DNA of 63,449 nucleotides, filler included, from Globobulimina sp. (lineage: Eukaryota): the NCBI GenBank assembly GCA_003354225.1. It is 30 parts of 30 records of this genome, joined end to end, with 100 filler letters (N's around TTAATTAATTAA, not from the genome) between each part and the next. Parts side by side here need not be neighbours in the genome. Positions count along the whole stretch, not along the records: positions 12,716 to 14,734 come from PIVH01009696.1; positions 14,835 to 16,853 come from PIVH01009697.1; positions 16,954 to 18,972 come from PIVH01009698.1; positions 19,073 to 21,091 come from PIVH01009699.1; positions 21,192 to 23,210 come from PIVH01009700.1; positions 23,311 to 25,328 come from PIVH01009701.1; positions 25,429 to 27,446 come from PIVH01009702.1; 23 more parts are not named here. One strand, given 5' to 3'. The notes under the pieces were generated by a model. That model did no database searches. It was not told where the DNA came from and saw only the letters and a list, made by a program, of their open reading frames with translations. Position 1 is the stretch's first letter. Each line of letters starts with the position of its first letter. Below, in pieces: positions 12,716 to 25,507 of this stretch. The translations under genes and the position numbers were made by a program.

Positions 12716-14734
12716 CAACAACAACAACAACATAAAAAACATAAAACAGAAGAAACACTCCAATGTTTTCACTGCAAAACATTGTATACAATCAAAGAAA
12801 CAAAGATTAGAAACCAAGAACAGGCCAAAGCAATATACAAATTTGTATGTGATCAATGTAAAAATAGCAAAAAACAAACTATATATCATTGCTATTTAAA
12901 AACGTGTCCCGATTATGGCACTAAATATGGTGAAACACAAAAAAATGCAGTACGTGCATTAAAATATCACTTGGAAAAAAAACACAGAGACGATATTGCA
13001 TTATCAATATTAAACAAACAAATATGCCATGGAAATAATTGTATTAATTTAATAATATCATCTAAAATAAATACATTATGCATTAAATGTAAACATAAAC
13101 AACATCAACAACAGCAACAGCAACAAAGTATAAATCCCTTATCATTTGATGTAATGCCAAAGTTTCAAACAGATATCAATAACAATACAATGCAAACCAC
13201 AGAAAATGACTCATTAAGCGATGATTCTGCTAATATCACACATAGCGATTCATCAAATGAATCATTTAATAATTTGTCCGATAACCAACCCAACAAAAAT
13301 ACCAACAATCAATCCAACAAAAATACCAACAACAAATCTGACAAACGACAGCCAACAAAGCCTCCGCTGTCAAAAAAACAAAGTAACATAAATTTGAATC
13401 ATGTACAAATATTGAATCATGATACAAATATTAATCATAATATATCCTTAAATATGCAATCGAATCAAAATAATCATTATTTATCATCGAATATCCAATC
13501 AAATCATAATAAAAATCATAATTTATCATTGAATGATCAATCAAATAATAATCACATTTTACCATTGGACAACCAATCAATTTTACAAAATAAACAACAA
13601 AATATCCCAATTAATCCACAAATTGCGCAAATCCAACAAAATCAAGCAAATAATGCACAAAAAGTAACTGTTGATATACAAAATAGAAACAACGAAACAA
13701 GAATCATTATAAAAGATGCTGAAGGAAATTTAATTGATATTAATTCAATAAATCAATGGTGGACTATTAATGAGGAAATAAAATCGGATTTATTTAAAGA
13801 TAAATTAATCATACATTTAACAACAGCAATTAATAAAATTTCGATGATTAATACGCACCCAGAATTAGGATATTTGGGTTTATTTGAATTACAAATAATG
13901 GCTCCTACCTTTTTAAGTAATGAAAATCCGAAATTATCCAAAACTCAGCAGAATATTAAAAAAAATGAAAAAATCCAATTATTGCATCAAAAAAAATACG
14001 CAAAATTAATTAATGTAATTAAAAATGATCAATTTAAAAGAAATAAGAAATATAATAAGCGAATAAATAAAATTAAACAACAACAACAGCCCGTATCTAA
14101 TATTAATATTAATGATGAAAAGAAAAATAATGAAAATGATAGGAAATATGAAGAAAATAATTATGATAATTTAGATTATATTATTATGAATGAAAAGAAA
14201 AATAAAAAGTTTAATATGGATGAATTAAATCGAAATTGGGACAATATTAAATACAGTGATGCCGATACAAAGAAAATAGTGATAAATAGATTGAAAAGAT
14301 GCGATAAATTAATGCAAAAAGGAAAATTCATGAAAGCATCGCGAGCCATCGATCCCGGTGCATTGGCAAATCAATATATTAACAATAATTGGCATAAAAC
14401 ATTAAGTAAATTCCCATATGAACCGCCATTGAATAATATTAAAAAAGTAAACAGTAAATTGAATATAAATTATGACAAAGTCATTGAAATTTGGCGTAAA
14501 ATAAATAGAAAATCATGTGGAGGATTGATAGGAATATCAAATGAAATCATTTTATGGGCCTTAGAGAGAGAGGCAACATACGGATTAGCTGCGGCTTTAT
14601 ACCGTTTCTCAAAAACATTAATTACGCAAACCGTGCCCGATGAATTTAGAAATATGTTAATTACAGCCAAAGGACTGCCAATTGCAAAGGAAAAAAATGG
14701 AATTATGGATGCCGACGCACGGCCGGTAATTATT
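12716..14734 (+). mobile_element. Non-LTR retrotransposon ORF, early-branching (CRE/R2/NeSL-like): zinc finger(s) plus start of RT
   Basis: N-terminal CxxC...Cx4C...Hx4H; later KSCGGLIGISNE (cf. SAPGPDG) and ITAKGLPIAKEKNG..DARPVII (RT motifs 1-2, K...RPI) at the contig end. Confidence 0.72.
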
Positions 14735-14834
14735 NNNNNNNNNNNNNNNNNNNNNNNNNNNNNNNNNNNNNNNNNNNNTTAATTAATTAANNNNNNNNNN
14801 NNNNNNNNNNNNNNNNNNNNNNNNNNNNNNNNNN

Positions 14835-15999
14835 TCAAAAAAGGGATACTGTAAAAATATTACAAAAACTATTAGAACAAGAACGAAAAAGTCGGAGTAA
14901 CGAAAAACAGCAAATTATTCAAGAAAATACAAAATTAGCGGCTGAAAATGATAAATATAAATCAACGATATCTAAGCAAACTATTTACATCCAATCTCAT
15001 TCTGAGCGTGCTTTGAGTTTCAAAAAGAAATTCAATGATTTATTGTGTCAATATGCTTTGTTGGAAATAGAGAAAAATGCATTCAAGAACAAATATTGTA
15101 AACTTTGCAATGAGATGAAAGTAGATCTGCATAGGGGATGCATTAAAAAAATTGAAGGCTTACAAAGTGATTTAGCTCACGCTCAACGAAGTATATTGGA
15201 AATGAGTAATGTTGTTGGAGTGAAACAATTATTACCCACCGTACAAGAGACATTAAGTCAGTTCCATAGTATGAGAGATCAACAACATCATAATACGTCA
15301 ACTGAATTAAAAAAATATATAAAAGCACAGCATATAAAAAGTAATAAATGGCAAAAATATTATATAAATCAAGTGGTACACGAGATATTGTTTAATATTG
15401 TAATTAAATGTTATGATTCAGTTATTTATTGTCGACGCAATATGTTTGATGTTATTGCGCAAGAATTGAATATGCGTTGTACGTTAAAACATGCATTTTA
15501 TAATGACACAATACAAGAAATGAGTGATGACGCTAAGAATGATGATGAGGAGAAATATATTAATGATGAGATTGATCGAATTTTATCAAATAGATTTGGT
15601 TCATACTTTAAGGATAATTATAAAACTATTTTGAAAACAAAAATGGTTTCAGAGAAAGTTATGCATGACATATTAGCGCAGGAATATAGCGAATGTTTGA
15701 GGAATATTGGAGCCGGCGACACTTTGGAGAGCTTGAACGAATTCATTGTGCAGTGTTGTGATATTTGTTGGGTCATGATTTTGCAAGATCCGCCATTACA
15801 GTTACAACCAAGGATATGGCAGTCACAAAAGATAACGCAATTTGAGGAAAAAATACATAAACGAGTGTTAGGATCGGATAGGAAATGCAAAACTATATTG
15901 TACCATGTTTGGCCAGTGATTGCCAGATGTAATCGGATTTTAGATGATCAAAAAATGGACGTTCTGTTGAGGGATAAAATGTATACATCATATAAATAA
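14835..15999 (+). CDS. Coiled-coil protein with MIEAP/SPATA18-like C-terminal domain (5' truncated)
   Basis: FIVQCCDICWVMILQDPPL...HKRVLGSD...ILYHVWPVI matches the mitochondria-eating protein domain pattern. Confidence 0.6.
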
Positions 16000-16385
16000 G
16001 AAAAGTGACGAAACATATATAAATATTGTCGACGTCTTTCACATTCTGTCTGGAAATATGCCACTTGTCCACGGCATAGCAATTTATCATATACAGTATG
16101 CATGACTTCCCACAGGGTTGTTCAAGCAATTTGTGTCTGGAATCGGACTTACATCTTACTCACTGAACGCAGTTAAATAATTCAACTAGCTCACTTCGAG
16201 ATAATCTTGAAATCACGGTTGCACCATCATAGACGACACGAAACGAAACGAAACGAAGCCAAAAAGTTAATTGAATACTACAACATATATATTTGTAGTT
16301 GAAATTGAAAATGAATTATTGACATAAATAAATAAAAATAATGGAAGGAATACTACAATTTATTTTATATCAACTTCGTTAGTAT

Positions 16386-16700
16386 TTAAATCCAACCATA
16401 TATTTTTTTACACAAATGTTGACAATTATTGCTTAATAATATATAATGTGATGAGACACCACCTGATTCCAACCATGATGTTAGATCAGCCATAGTTTTA
16501 CCAGCCGACGAAACATATGAATAAGATCGTTGTAAAACAGGTTGAATATCGTCATCTCTATTTCCTTCCGCCAATCCCGATGCATGCATCACAATCTGAG
16601 ATTGAACTGTATTTGAACAGCATTTTCGAATTTCAATCACTGAGCTTCATTTTCTATATTCATTACAATTTGTTTTTATATTCATCCACCAATGATTGTC
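16386..16700 (-). pseudogene. Degraded PPPDE/permuted papain-like peptidase
   Basis: HYILLSNNCQHLC resembles Y.LL..NCNHF; an upstream in-frame HWW segment is separated from it by a TGA, with further stops upstream. Confidence 0.45.
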
Positions 16701-16953
16701 CAGCCTTCATTAAAATTAAGTGTCCAGAAGATTCAGGTTCAAATCCTGAGGCGATCCCAAACGAAACGAAACAAAACGAAACAAAAATGAATTGATATTG
16801 AGAATGAAAAATGGGATGTATTTGGTGGTAATAAGAGGTACTACACAGCCGGGNNNNNNNNNNNNNNNNNNNNNNNNNNNNNNNNNNNNNNNNNNNNTTA
16901 ATTAATTAANNNNNNNNNNNNNNNNNNNNNNNNNNNNNNNNNNNNNNNNNNNN

Positions 16954-18209
16954 TCTATACCTTAATCTATCATAATCTTCCTGTTTGTATACAGTGTAAG
17001 CTTTATATGTTGTTTGCATGACAAAATAATATGTAATTTATATACCTGACCGGCAGTATCCCATAGACCAATTTGTATCGGTACTCCATCAACCATAACA
17101 TTTGCGGAATAGTTATCGAAAACAGTCGGAACATATTCACCTGGAAATGCATTGGTTGTATAAGAAATCAATGTGCTAAATACGGTATTGTATGCAGTAT
17201 GCATTAAAATTCATATTATAACACAAAAAAATGACATATGGTACCATGTTTTGCCAACAGCGCCTGATCCAACAGTCACTAGTTTAAGATTCCGCATTCC
17301 ATGGCCCCCACCAACGGCAAGAGACATGTCTGGTCTTTGCAATGCACGGATGTCAATATGACTATCCTTTGGCGCTTTTATTGTTGCTCCGTGTGATGAT
17401 TGCTGTTGTTGCTGCTGTTGCTGTTGTAATTGCTTATTTTTTCTACTGGATTCATTTGCATTTAATGTATTACAACAACCACAGGTAATGCAGTTAAAAA
17501 TAGAGGTGCAACACTGTGGACATATATGCTCCAAATCTAAATGATCCAAATCATCATCGTTATCGCTGTCAGATTCATATAACAGAACTTCACAACGAAT
17601 GTCAGACATCAATTTGGTTGTATTTTGGATTAAGTGCATAAATGCTTTTTGTATATTTTCAGTATATTGGGATTTGTTGGGTGTTGCTGATATAATCCCT
17701 GTCGATGATGAATTAACATTATGTTCGAGTGGCGATTGTCGCGAACATGTTTCATATAAAGGTATCTCTAATTGTTTTGATAACGTATACATTTTTAGAA
17801 TTGATGTCGATTGTTTGTTTAAATCAATTTTATTTGCAATAATTGTGATTGGTATGGATAATGGCGGTAATTCTTTAATTTTATAAATATTTTCAATAAT
17901 TATCGGTACCAATGAGCAAGAATAGGCATCGATGACATTGTACACTACAATAAAGCACTGGCAGTCTTCTATCATTTTCTCATTGTCTGTAAATAGGTTT
18001 ATTTGCTGTTTCTCATTGTTTATAATGGCATCCTTGTATTGATACCAATTGTGAGTTTTATCATATTCATTAAACTTGACAGAGACTAAATTATTATCAA
18101 CCACCAATTGAATTCCTTTAATCGAAGAAATTGGCAATCCACAAAAAGATTCAATTAACGATGTTTTACCAGTACCACAGGAACCCAATATACCGATTTT
18201 GATCCGCAT
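16954..18209 (-). CDS. Tandem GTPase: divergent Ras-like domain fused to a Rho/Rac domain (spliced, 3' truncated)
   Basis: Domain 1: [18 protein letters not shown]. Domain 2 after introns 17176-17244 and 16981-17045: [36 protein letters not shown]...[14 protein letters not shown]. Confidence 0.85.
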
Positions 18210-18365
18210 TGTTTGGAATGTCTACTAAAGTTTTTTCGAAGTTTATTTTTCATCAACAACAACCCACTTAACTCTCTCCTCTTCCTCTCAACTCATTCTC
18301 CACACAAACGTTCACGAAAGCAAACTAGCTACAAATCCAAACCCAAAAAAATAACAAAAATCAAA

Positions 18366-18950
18366 ATGATTAAAACTATCTTCGCCTCATTATTCGCTGC
18401 TTATTCATTAACCTCCGGCCAAGGAATTCCAGGCGCCGGTGAACCAGGATGGGTTCCAGTGCCAATTCCAACCGGTGGCGCCGCGCAATCCACCGTTATG
18501 GAATGCGTATTACCAAACACAGATCCCGCCGGATGTGCAGGAAGAGACACCCCCATTACCAATCCAGCCACCAATTTTAAATACGTTTGTAGTGCTATTG
18601 GGTCATGTGCAGCCTCACGAATTTCCTTTGTTTATGAGAACTCGCATGCAGAGAGAGTGGAACAAATCTGTTTTAGTGAGCAATATGCCGGTTATAATGC
18701 GGAAGTAATAATGGACTCCACCAACTCTGCCGTCAAACAATATATTGATAAATTTGAATGCAAAGCGTACGGTGCCTGCGAGAATCTCACTGTTAAATTA
18801 TTTGGCGGCTCTTCTATCAATGACGTTGATTGTGGTCGTCCTTCGTACTGTAATAATTGCAATATTCATGAATGTGAATGGGGCGCCGTTGATGCCGAAG
18901 GTAAACGAACTGAATTATGTGGTACCCCAAAAGCTTGTTTTTTCCATTAA
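18366..18950 (+). CDS. Secreted cysteine-rich protein
   Basis: Signal peptide MIKTIFASLFAAYSLTSGQG from ATG 18366; repeated C.A.G.C motifs. Confidence 0.75.
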   Translation: MIKTIFASLFAAYSLTSGQGIPGAGEPGWVPVPIPTGGAAQSTVMECVLPNTDPAGCAGRDTPITNPATNFKYVCSAIGSCAASRISFVYENSHAERVEQICFSEQYAGYNAEVIMDSTNSAVKQYIDKFECKAYGACENLTVKLFGGSSINDVDCGRPSYCNNCNIHECEWGAVDAEGKRTELCGTPKACFFH

Positions 18951-19266
18951 GTAGGTGATCCGGTATATATTANNNNNNNNNNNNNNNNNNNNNNNNNNNN
19001 NNNNNNNNNNNNNNNNTTAATTAATTAANNNNNNNNNNNNNNNNNNNNNNNNNNNNNNNNNNNNNNNNNNNNTTGAACGATGATATAAAATATCTGGATT
19101 CGCCATTAATGATGTTAATCAAATGGATTGATGTTAAGGTTAATAATGAGATTGTTTTGAGCATCATATTTAATTTTCTATTGGTCATTTCTCTAAAGTA
19201 TAATTAGTTGATAATTAAAGATATAAATAGGAACAATCATAATTTTGTTCTAAATATGTATGTTTC

Positions 19267-19499
19267 CATAAATAGTCGTTCATTTCGTGGCCTTTTGTGT
19301 ATACCATAATTTCAAATAACATACAAAGATATCATGCAAAATATGGATTACTGTGTTAACTATAACTTATTATTATGACGTTATAATATAATTAAAAACA
19401 TATAAGTAGTGCTTTCTTATATCATTGATTAATTTATGAAATTATGGTATTTGAAATTATGGTATACACAAAAGGTCACGAAATGAACAACTATTTGTG
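19267..19499. mobile_element. MITE-like element with ~55-bp terminal inverted repeats
   Basis: ATAGTCGTTCATTTCGTGGCCTTTTGTGTATACCATAATTTCAAATA (~19272-19318) is nearly the reverse complement of ~19448-19494; AT-rich interior; no clear TSD. Confidence 0.6.
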
Positions 19500-19971
19500 C
19501 ATACAACCACTACTTCGTCCATGGAGGGAATTTTTAACAGCATTATGAAGAAATACAAATGTTGCCTAGTAAAAGTATTTTCCCCTTTAATTTACATCTA
19601 AGTTAGCTAGTCAATGTCCGCCTAAGCTCTATATTTACTGTGGACAGTGTGGTTTTATTGTCACGAATAAAGTGGAACAACAATCAGAACACAGCATTAT
19701 GGAAGTTCTTACTTTCCCAAAACGAGATTAATTTCAGTCATTCTTAATAAAATGACTTATAAATACTTGATGGGCAATATTCATATAAAAAAAAACAACA
19801 TAAAAAAAATACAGAAAAAAAAGTGAAAAGAAAAAAAGATCGAACGCAAAAAACATAAATATAAGAACCAAAATGAAATTGGTTTTCATAATCGAATTAA
19901 TACAAATCGCATCATATTAAATACCCTGACACCTAATCAGAGTCGTTGTGATTGCTAACAATCACACATTT

Positions 19972-20955
19972 TTATGAGAATATATTTGAGACAATTTGAC
20001 GTATAATTTCATCCGCGATAATTAAGAAAGTTTGCGGTAATAAAGACAACAAAACAGAGACGATACAAACAGTAAATACCACACTAAATATACAATCCAT
20101 TAAATAAGTGAATGCAAAATAACATCGACACAGAATAACGTACGCAATTAATATGAATATAAGCCATTGTTTTGTATAATAATACCACACCATCCCATAT
20201 ATGGTAACATTGCATGTATTAAAACACGGGAACGATGACACATTTTTTATTTTATTGTAATATATTTTCCGAATATTTATGCTTCTCTTGATATTAAAGC
20301 CAAACTCATCCGTATTATATATGACATTTGGTAGCTGCCTAAAAGGCAATATCTTAATATACTTTGTAAAGATCGTTAAGATTATAAATGAAATCAATGA
20401 GCAAATTAGTGTGAATATTGAGAATTGTATGACAAAGATGGACTGTCTGAATATGACACAAGTCGTTATGACAACGAATAGAATGGATATTTGATTGAAT
20501 ATAAATACACCAAAAAGCAATACAAATTCAATAAAAACTGGTAATGATAATTCATAAAAATATTTAAATGATAGGTATTCATCAATAAATAATATGTAAT
20601 TTATAAATGAACACAATAATGAATCCGTATTGGCTGTTCTTTGGTGGATGTATAAGTGTGGCGGTTCACATAGGTTCTTAAATAAATGCCTTATTTTGTG
20701 TGATTTTTTATGTTTTTTTAGTGTGTTTTGTTGTTCATGCAAACGATAATATAAATCGGATGCGTTTGCGGATTGGTAATAATCGATAGGTGCTTCGTGT
20801 ATTGGTTCAAATGCGTCATCATCATATTCTGAGATCCCTGATAATAAAACACCATCTTTATCAAATGTCTTTATTTCCACATCACTGTCATGTGCATCTT
20901 GCATAAAACATTCTAACTCTGTGGTTGAATGATAATCGTCGGATTCTGTTGTCAT
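19972..20955 (-). CDS. PAP2-superfamily-like membrane protein with degenerate catalytic motifs
   Basis: Multiple TM helices; RQLP, SSFPCFNT and CRCYFAFTYLMDC align to the PAP2 C1 (RP), C2 (PSGH) and C3 (SR.....H...D) motifs. Confidence 0.6.
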   Translation of the reverse strand: MTTESDDYHSTTELECFMQDAHDSDVEIKTFDKDGVLLSGISEYDDDAFEPIHEAPIDYYQSANASDLYYRLHEQQNTLKKHKKSHKIRHLFKNLCEPPHLYIHQRTANTDSLLCSFINYILFIDEYLSFKYFYELSLPVFIEFVLLFGVFIFNQISILFVVITTCVIFRQSIFVIQFSIFTLICSLISFIILTIFTKYIKILPFRQLPNVIYNTDEFGFNIKRSINIRKIYYNKIKNVSSFPCFNTCNVTIYGMVWYYYTKQWLIFILIAYVILCRCYFAFTYLMDCIFSVVFTVCIVSVLLSLLPQTFLIIADEIIRQIVSNIFS

Positions 20956-21191
20956 GTTTGTGAGACGCTATAAAGTAAGTTTTGCTAAAAATTTTCAGCT
21001 TGTTTCGGATTTTTGCTTATTTCATTTCCAAAAAAAAATGGAAAGCGTAGCAGGTATAATTACATTCAATACAAAGACACAAAATTAAATTNNNNNNNNN
21101 NNNNNNNNNNNNNNNNNNNNNNNNNNNNNNNNNNNTTAATTAATTAANNNNNNNNNNNNNNNNNNNNNNNNNNNNNNNNNNNNNNNNNNNN

Positions 21192-22625
21192 TTGTATCTG
21201 TATCGATTTATAATTAATCTGCAAATATTGAAACCTATCGTTGTCTTTCAAATTTATGGCTTTTTTGTCTTCCGCATTACCATTCAATTGATTTAAACCC
21301 AATAACTTGAACGAATTACTATGTCTGATCATATATGGACTTTGTAATTTTGGCAATGAATTTTCCGCATTCTTTCCATTCTTCTCATCATTATCTTCGA
21401 TCTTTACCGGAAATGGCATCATTTGGGGCTGCGAATGCACAAAATGCGATTTGTTGGGAACGCTCAGATTCGCCTCATTTGCATTTGTATTTGTACCATT
21501 TTTAAATAGCGAGTTGCTCCAATTTATCTCCTTCAATCTCGGCGTCGTCGATAATAAATCATTGGCAATGAAGTTGTCATATTCGTCCACCACTTCTTTC
21601 TTGAGAATCTCTTCAATGATATCTTCTAAGGTCACAATACCGACATAATGCGCATACAAATGGTCATATTGCCCCGTCGATATATTCTGTTTGTTATAGC
21701 CGGGTTTGCGATCTTTCACAAAGGCTAAATGTTGCCGTTTGGATATAAATTGTTGCAAAACCGTTTCTAAATCATCATATTTCCAGACATCGATAGGTGT
21801 ATGGTGATGGTCGAAGGTTTGTAATATTTTGCTAATCGGCACATTGTCGTCGGGATCGATTAAAATCAAGTCTTTGACATACAACAATCCAATACAATAA
21901 TTGACACAATTTAATTCACGAAATATAGGTATACGGCTATGGCCTAATTTGAATAGTTTGGTCAACAAATCGAAGGTTAAAATGGCATTCTCGTTCAACC
22001 AAAACACATTTTTCATCTCGGTCTGGATATCAGCCACATATTTATCGGTTAACTCGAGTGCGCCCTGCAACATCGTAGCGGTATTCTTGCGCATTGAGTC
22101 GGGTCGACTTCGCGCCGTAATGTCTACCAATTTGGATAACTCCTTATTGCTGTATATTGTACCTAATTCTTCGCCTAACATTCGGTCCAAGACCCACGAG
22201 ATTGGCCACGCCACCACGGCCATCAACGCCATCAACGGCCACACCACATACACGGTTTTGGAGCCTATTTCTAAGGCGTATCGCGAACACAATGCTTGCG
22301 GGATAATCTCACCAAATATCACAATTAAGGCGGTGGATACTATAAAGCCTATGGTACCGCTGGTTTTGTCCGCTAATAAAATGGACAATTCTGCGTTTAC
22401 TGCCACGTTACCCAATAATAAGGTACATAATAACCAATTTCCTCGGTCTCGTAATGGTTTGATTTTTTTTGCAGCTGCGACATGTTTTTTGTTTTCGGAC
22501 GACAAAACAATTTCTAATTCGACAGTGTCTAAACTCATTAATCCCAAGTTTAAACCAGAAAATAAACCAGAAAAACCTATTAAAACAACAATAGCGACCC
22601 ATTCCATCCACACTTGTGCTGACAT
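21192..22625 (-). CDS. CNNM: CNNM/DUF21-CBS metal transporter (3' truncated)
   Basis: SGLFSGLNLGLMSLD, LLCTLLLGNVAVN, FGEIIPQA, GHSRIPI, GIVTLEDIIEEIL. Confidence 0.95.
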
Positions 22626-23048
22626 TGTTTAGAGTATTGAGTTGTAGAGTATTGAAAAAACCTTAATCCTTGCACTAGATGTTAATTTTAGCCTCACCAA
22701 CTATGTATAATTAAAGCTGTGTCCCCACTACACTGTATTGGAAAAGTAAATCTGGAGATGCGAATTTTAGATTGCTTTGAATCGGTTTCATATGCATTTA
22801 ATACTAAATTGGGTTAAATTCATTAATGGGAAACCGATTTAAAGTTGGCAAACTAAAGCGGAAGTGACATGTAATCTACCTTTTAAGTACTAGTAGCTAA
22901 AAAAAAGTTAGTTGGCAGTAGTCTAATACTAACACATATTGTATTATATAATATATATACTATTATACAGGTCCCAACCCCTTTTTTACAACGCAAGATG
23001 TGTACAGCAAAAGTATTATGTCAATGGAGATGCATTGTATGATGAAAA

Positions 23049-23210
23049 TTATTTGGAACCGTAATTCACTCTGTCAGCTTCAATTAATTTTGCAAAATCT
23101 CCATTTTTATCCGATAATAAATGCTGCGGAGTGTCATATTGTTTAATTTTGCCATTTTCCAATAATAAAATATAATCATAATCGAGTATTGTTTCCAACC
23201 GATGTGCAAT
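23049..23210 (-). CDS. C-terminus of an ABCC/MRP-type ABC transporter
   Basis: Read manually: IAHRLETILDYDYILLLENGKIKQYDTPQHLLSDKNGDFAKLI...*, the NBD2 H-loop end. Confidence 0.88.
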   Translation of the reverse strand: MAHRLETILDYDYILLLENGKIKQYDTPQHLLSDKNGDFAKLIEADRVNYGSK

Positions 23211-23310
23211 NNNNNNNNNNNNNNNNNNNNNNNNNNNNNNNNNNNNNNNNNNNNTTAATTAATTAANNNNNNNNNNNNNNNNNNNNNNNNNNNNNNNNNN
23301 NNNNNNNNNN

Positions 23311-24848
23311 ATTTTACCCATGATATTATTCTGCGATTTCTCCTCTTCAAATAAATTCATTTCCCGTTTAGCACTGCCAAAATTACGCAACATCACATCC
23401 AATAATCCAATATCACCATAAACCTCACCATTTCCATCCAAATTCGTCCTTAATAACGTACGCAACTCTGACGATTTATCATTTTTATTCTGATACCTTA
23501 AAGCATATATAATCGCTAATCGTAGCTTATCATAATCGGCCACCGAGGGATCCTTAATCGTGCGCTCCACGTCCAAGAAATGGCTTTTCCAGTCATTCTG
23601 ACATACAATTTCCTGTTCAATGGCTGAAATGTCTAATAACTTACGCTTGGCCACGATGCCAGACAACTCACTCATGACTGCCACATGTTTGCTCACATTG
23701 CCTTGTTTGGATAGATAATCCGAATAATTTTCCACAAATTTTTGCATATCTTCCATGGATTTAATATTCCGAGACCCTTTCACTTGTTTGGCAAACTTAT
23801 CCACCAATTTCTTAACATTGACGCCTAAATCGCCGAACGTAGAGCATTTGTTGTTGGCAAAGAAGGAGTCGTTGAAGGGATTGAGTACGATTTCATTCAA
23901 TTTGTTGGATTTCTCTTTGTGTAATACACAGCGACTGTTTTTTAAGCCAATGAGTTCGTGCACCATGGCTTGATATGTCCACTGAGACAATAAAGGTGTG
24001 ATGGGATCTTCGCGGCGGTCACAGATTAATAACAATGGCGATAAATCGGGCTCACTCCAACCAAACAACTCATTTTCGGTCTCAATCATATCGCGGATGG
24101 AGTTTGCTAATTTATTGGCTAAATGGGAGGATTTTTGCCACCGAATTAAAGGGCGTTTTTTCACGGATAACAAAAAAGCACATAAGCCTTGCAATTCACG
24201 TTCAAATTGTGATTCATTGGCATTTGTCCATTCCTTTTCATCCAAGTAATATAAGGATTGATTATCAGTTTCTAAACTCCATAAATCATTGTTTAATGGA
24301 TAAAAATCGGCAAATAATTCCTTGTTTTTGTGTGGGTTTTTATTGTTTTATCCTTGCACATACATATTATAAATGATATATATATATATTGCTTAACTTG
24401 CACTTGTTGCACAACTTCGCATTGGTCGGCTTGGGCTAATCTGGATAGGGAGGGTTCTTCTAATTGGTTGCTAAAAAATATATAATATGACTGATGTTTG
24501 GGGCTTTGTAAGTGCTCGATTATTTTTTCAATGTTTTCATGGGTGGGTCGACAAAATATTATAGCGGCTAAATGTGCTAGATTTGAGGTGCCCTGACTTT
24601 TGGGGATGTTGACGCCTAAGGTATGGATTAAAAATATGTCTTCCGCAAAGGCTTGCGATTGAGAGAGTATTTGAGCTATAATTCCAGTCTATGTCATATC
24701 ATATACATCATTTTAATTTATGATGTCATAAGAATAATAAACACAAATGAAACTAAACAGTCTCGGAATCTAAATATAACACTTTCGCAGATGAAACAGC
24801 TCCCGTCATCTCCATTACGTAGGTTATCAATGGCTTGTACACGTCCAT
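23311..24848 (-). CDS. VPS45: Sec1/Munc18 family protein Vps45 (spliced, 3' truncated)
   Basis: Exons MDVY...KVLYLDSET / ...HLAAIIFCRPTHENI...YIFFSN...LAQADQCEVVQQVQ / ELFADFY...DRREDPITPLLSQWTYQAMVHELIG, GNVSKHV. Confidence 0.93.
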
Positions 24849-25507
24849 AACGTAGCAAATGAGTACGTATAGGGGAAGTATTGTCTGTGTATGGAGTGGA
24901 GAGTGGGACTGTTAAACAATAATTAAATATCTACATCCGCCTTAAAAAAAATGCAGTTAAAAGATCGCGGTTTGTGATTTCTTTGCTTTTTCATGCGCAT
25001 TCATTTCATTATCATTTTTTTCATCATCATAAATATTAAAATCGGTTTCGAATTTCTTTCCCATTAATTTTTTGTTTTTACTATTTTGTTTTTTATTTTT
25101 TGTATTTCGTTTTCTTGTATTCCTCGTTTTAAAAGTATCACCGAAAAACAATTGATGCATTTCTCTCAATCGCTGTGCTCTATAATCAAAAGTATTTGTC
25201 TCTGCTTTTCTGATTTCCCCATTTTCATCATCGATAACCTTTTCATCATCAATATCGACATTTTCCTGTTCAAGTATGGTTTGGTCAACATTTAGATTTA
25301 TAATAAATGTATTTGTTTTTTCATGTTCNNNNNNNNNNNNNNNNNNNNNNNNNNNNNNNNNNNNNNNNNNNNTTAATTAATTAANNNNNNNNNNNNNNNN
25401 NNNNNNNNNNNNNNNNNNNNNNNNNNNNCCGATCTTTGTGTATTTGCAAAAATTTCAGATCTTCAGATCATGTTAAAACTGGTACACACGTGACATGAAT
25501 CCAATTA

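Noticed and set aside
18213-18365. 51-aa N-terminal extension of the Cys-rich ORF given in the ORF track
   Set aside because: Starts at a non-ATG codon; a clear signal peptide begins at ATG 18366, so this is likely 5' UTR.
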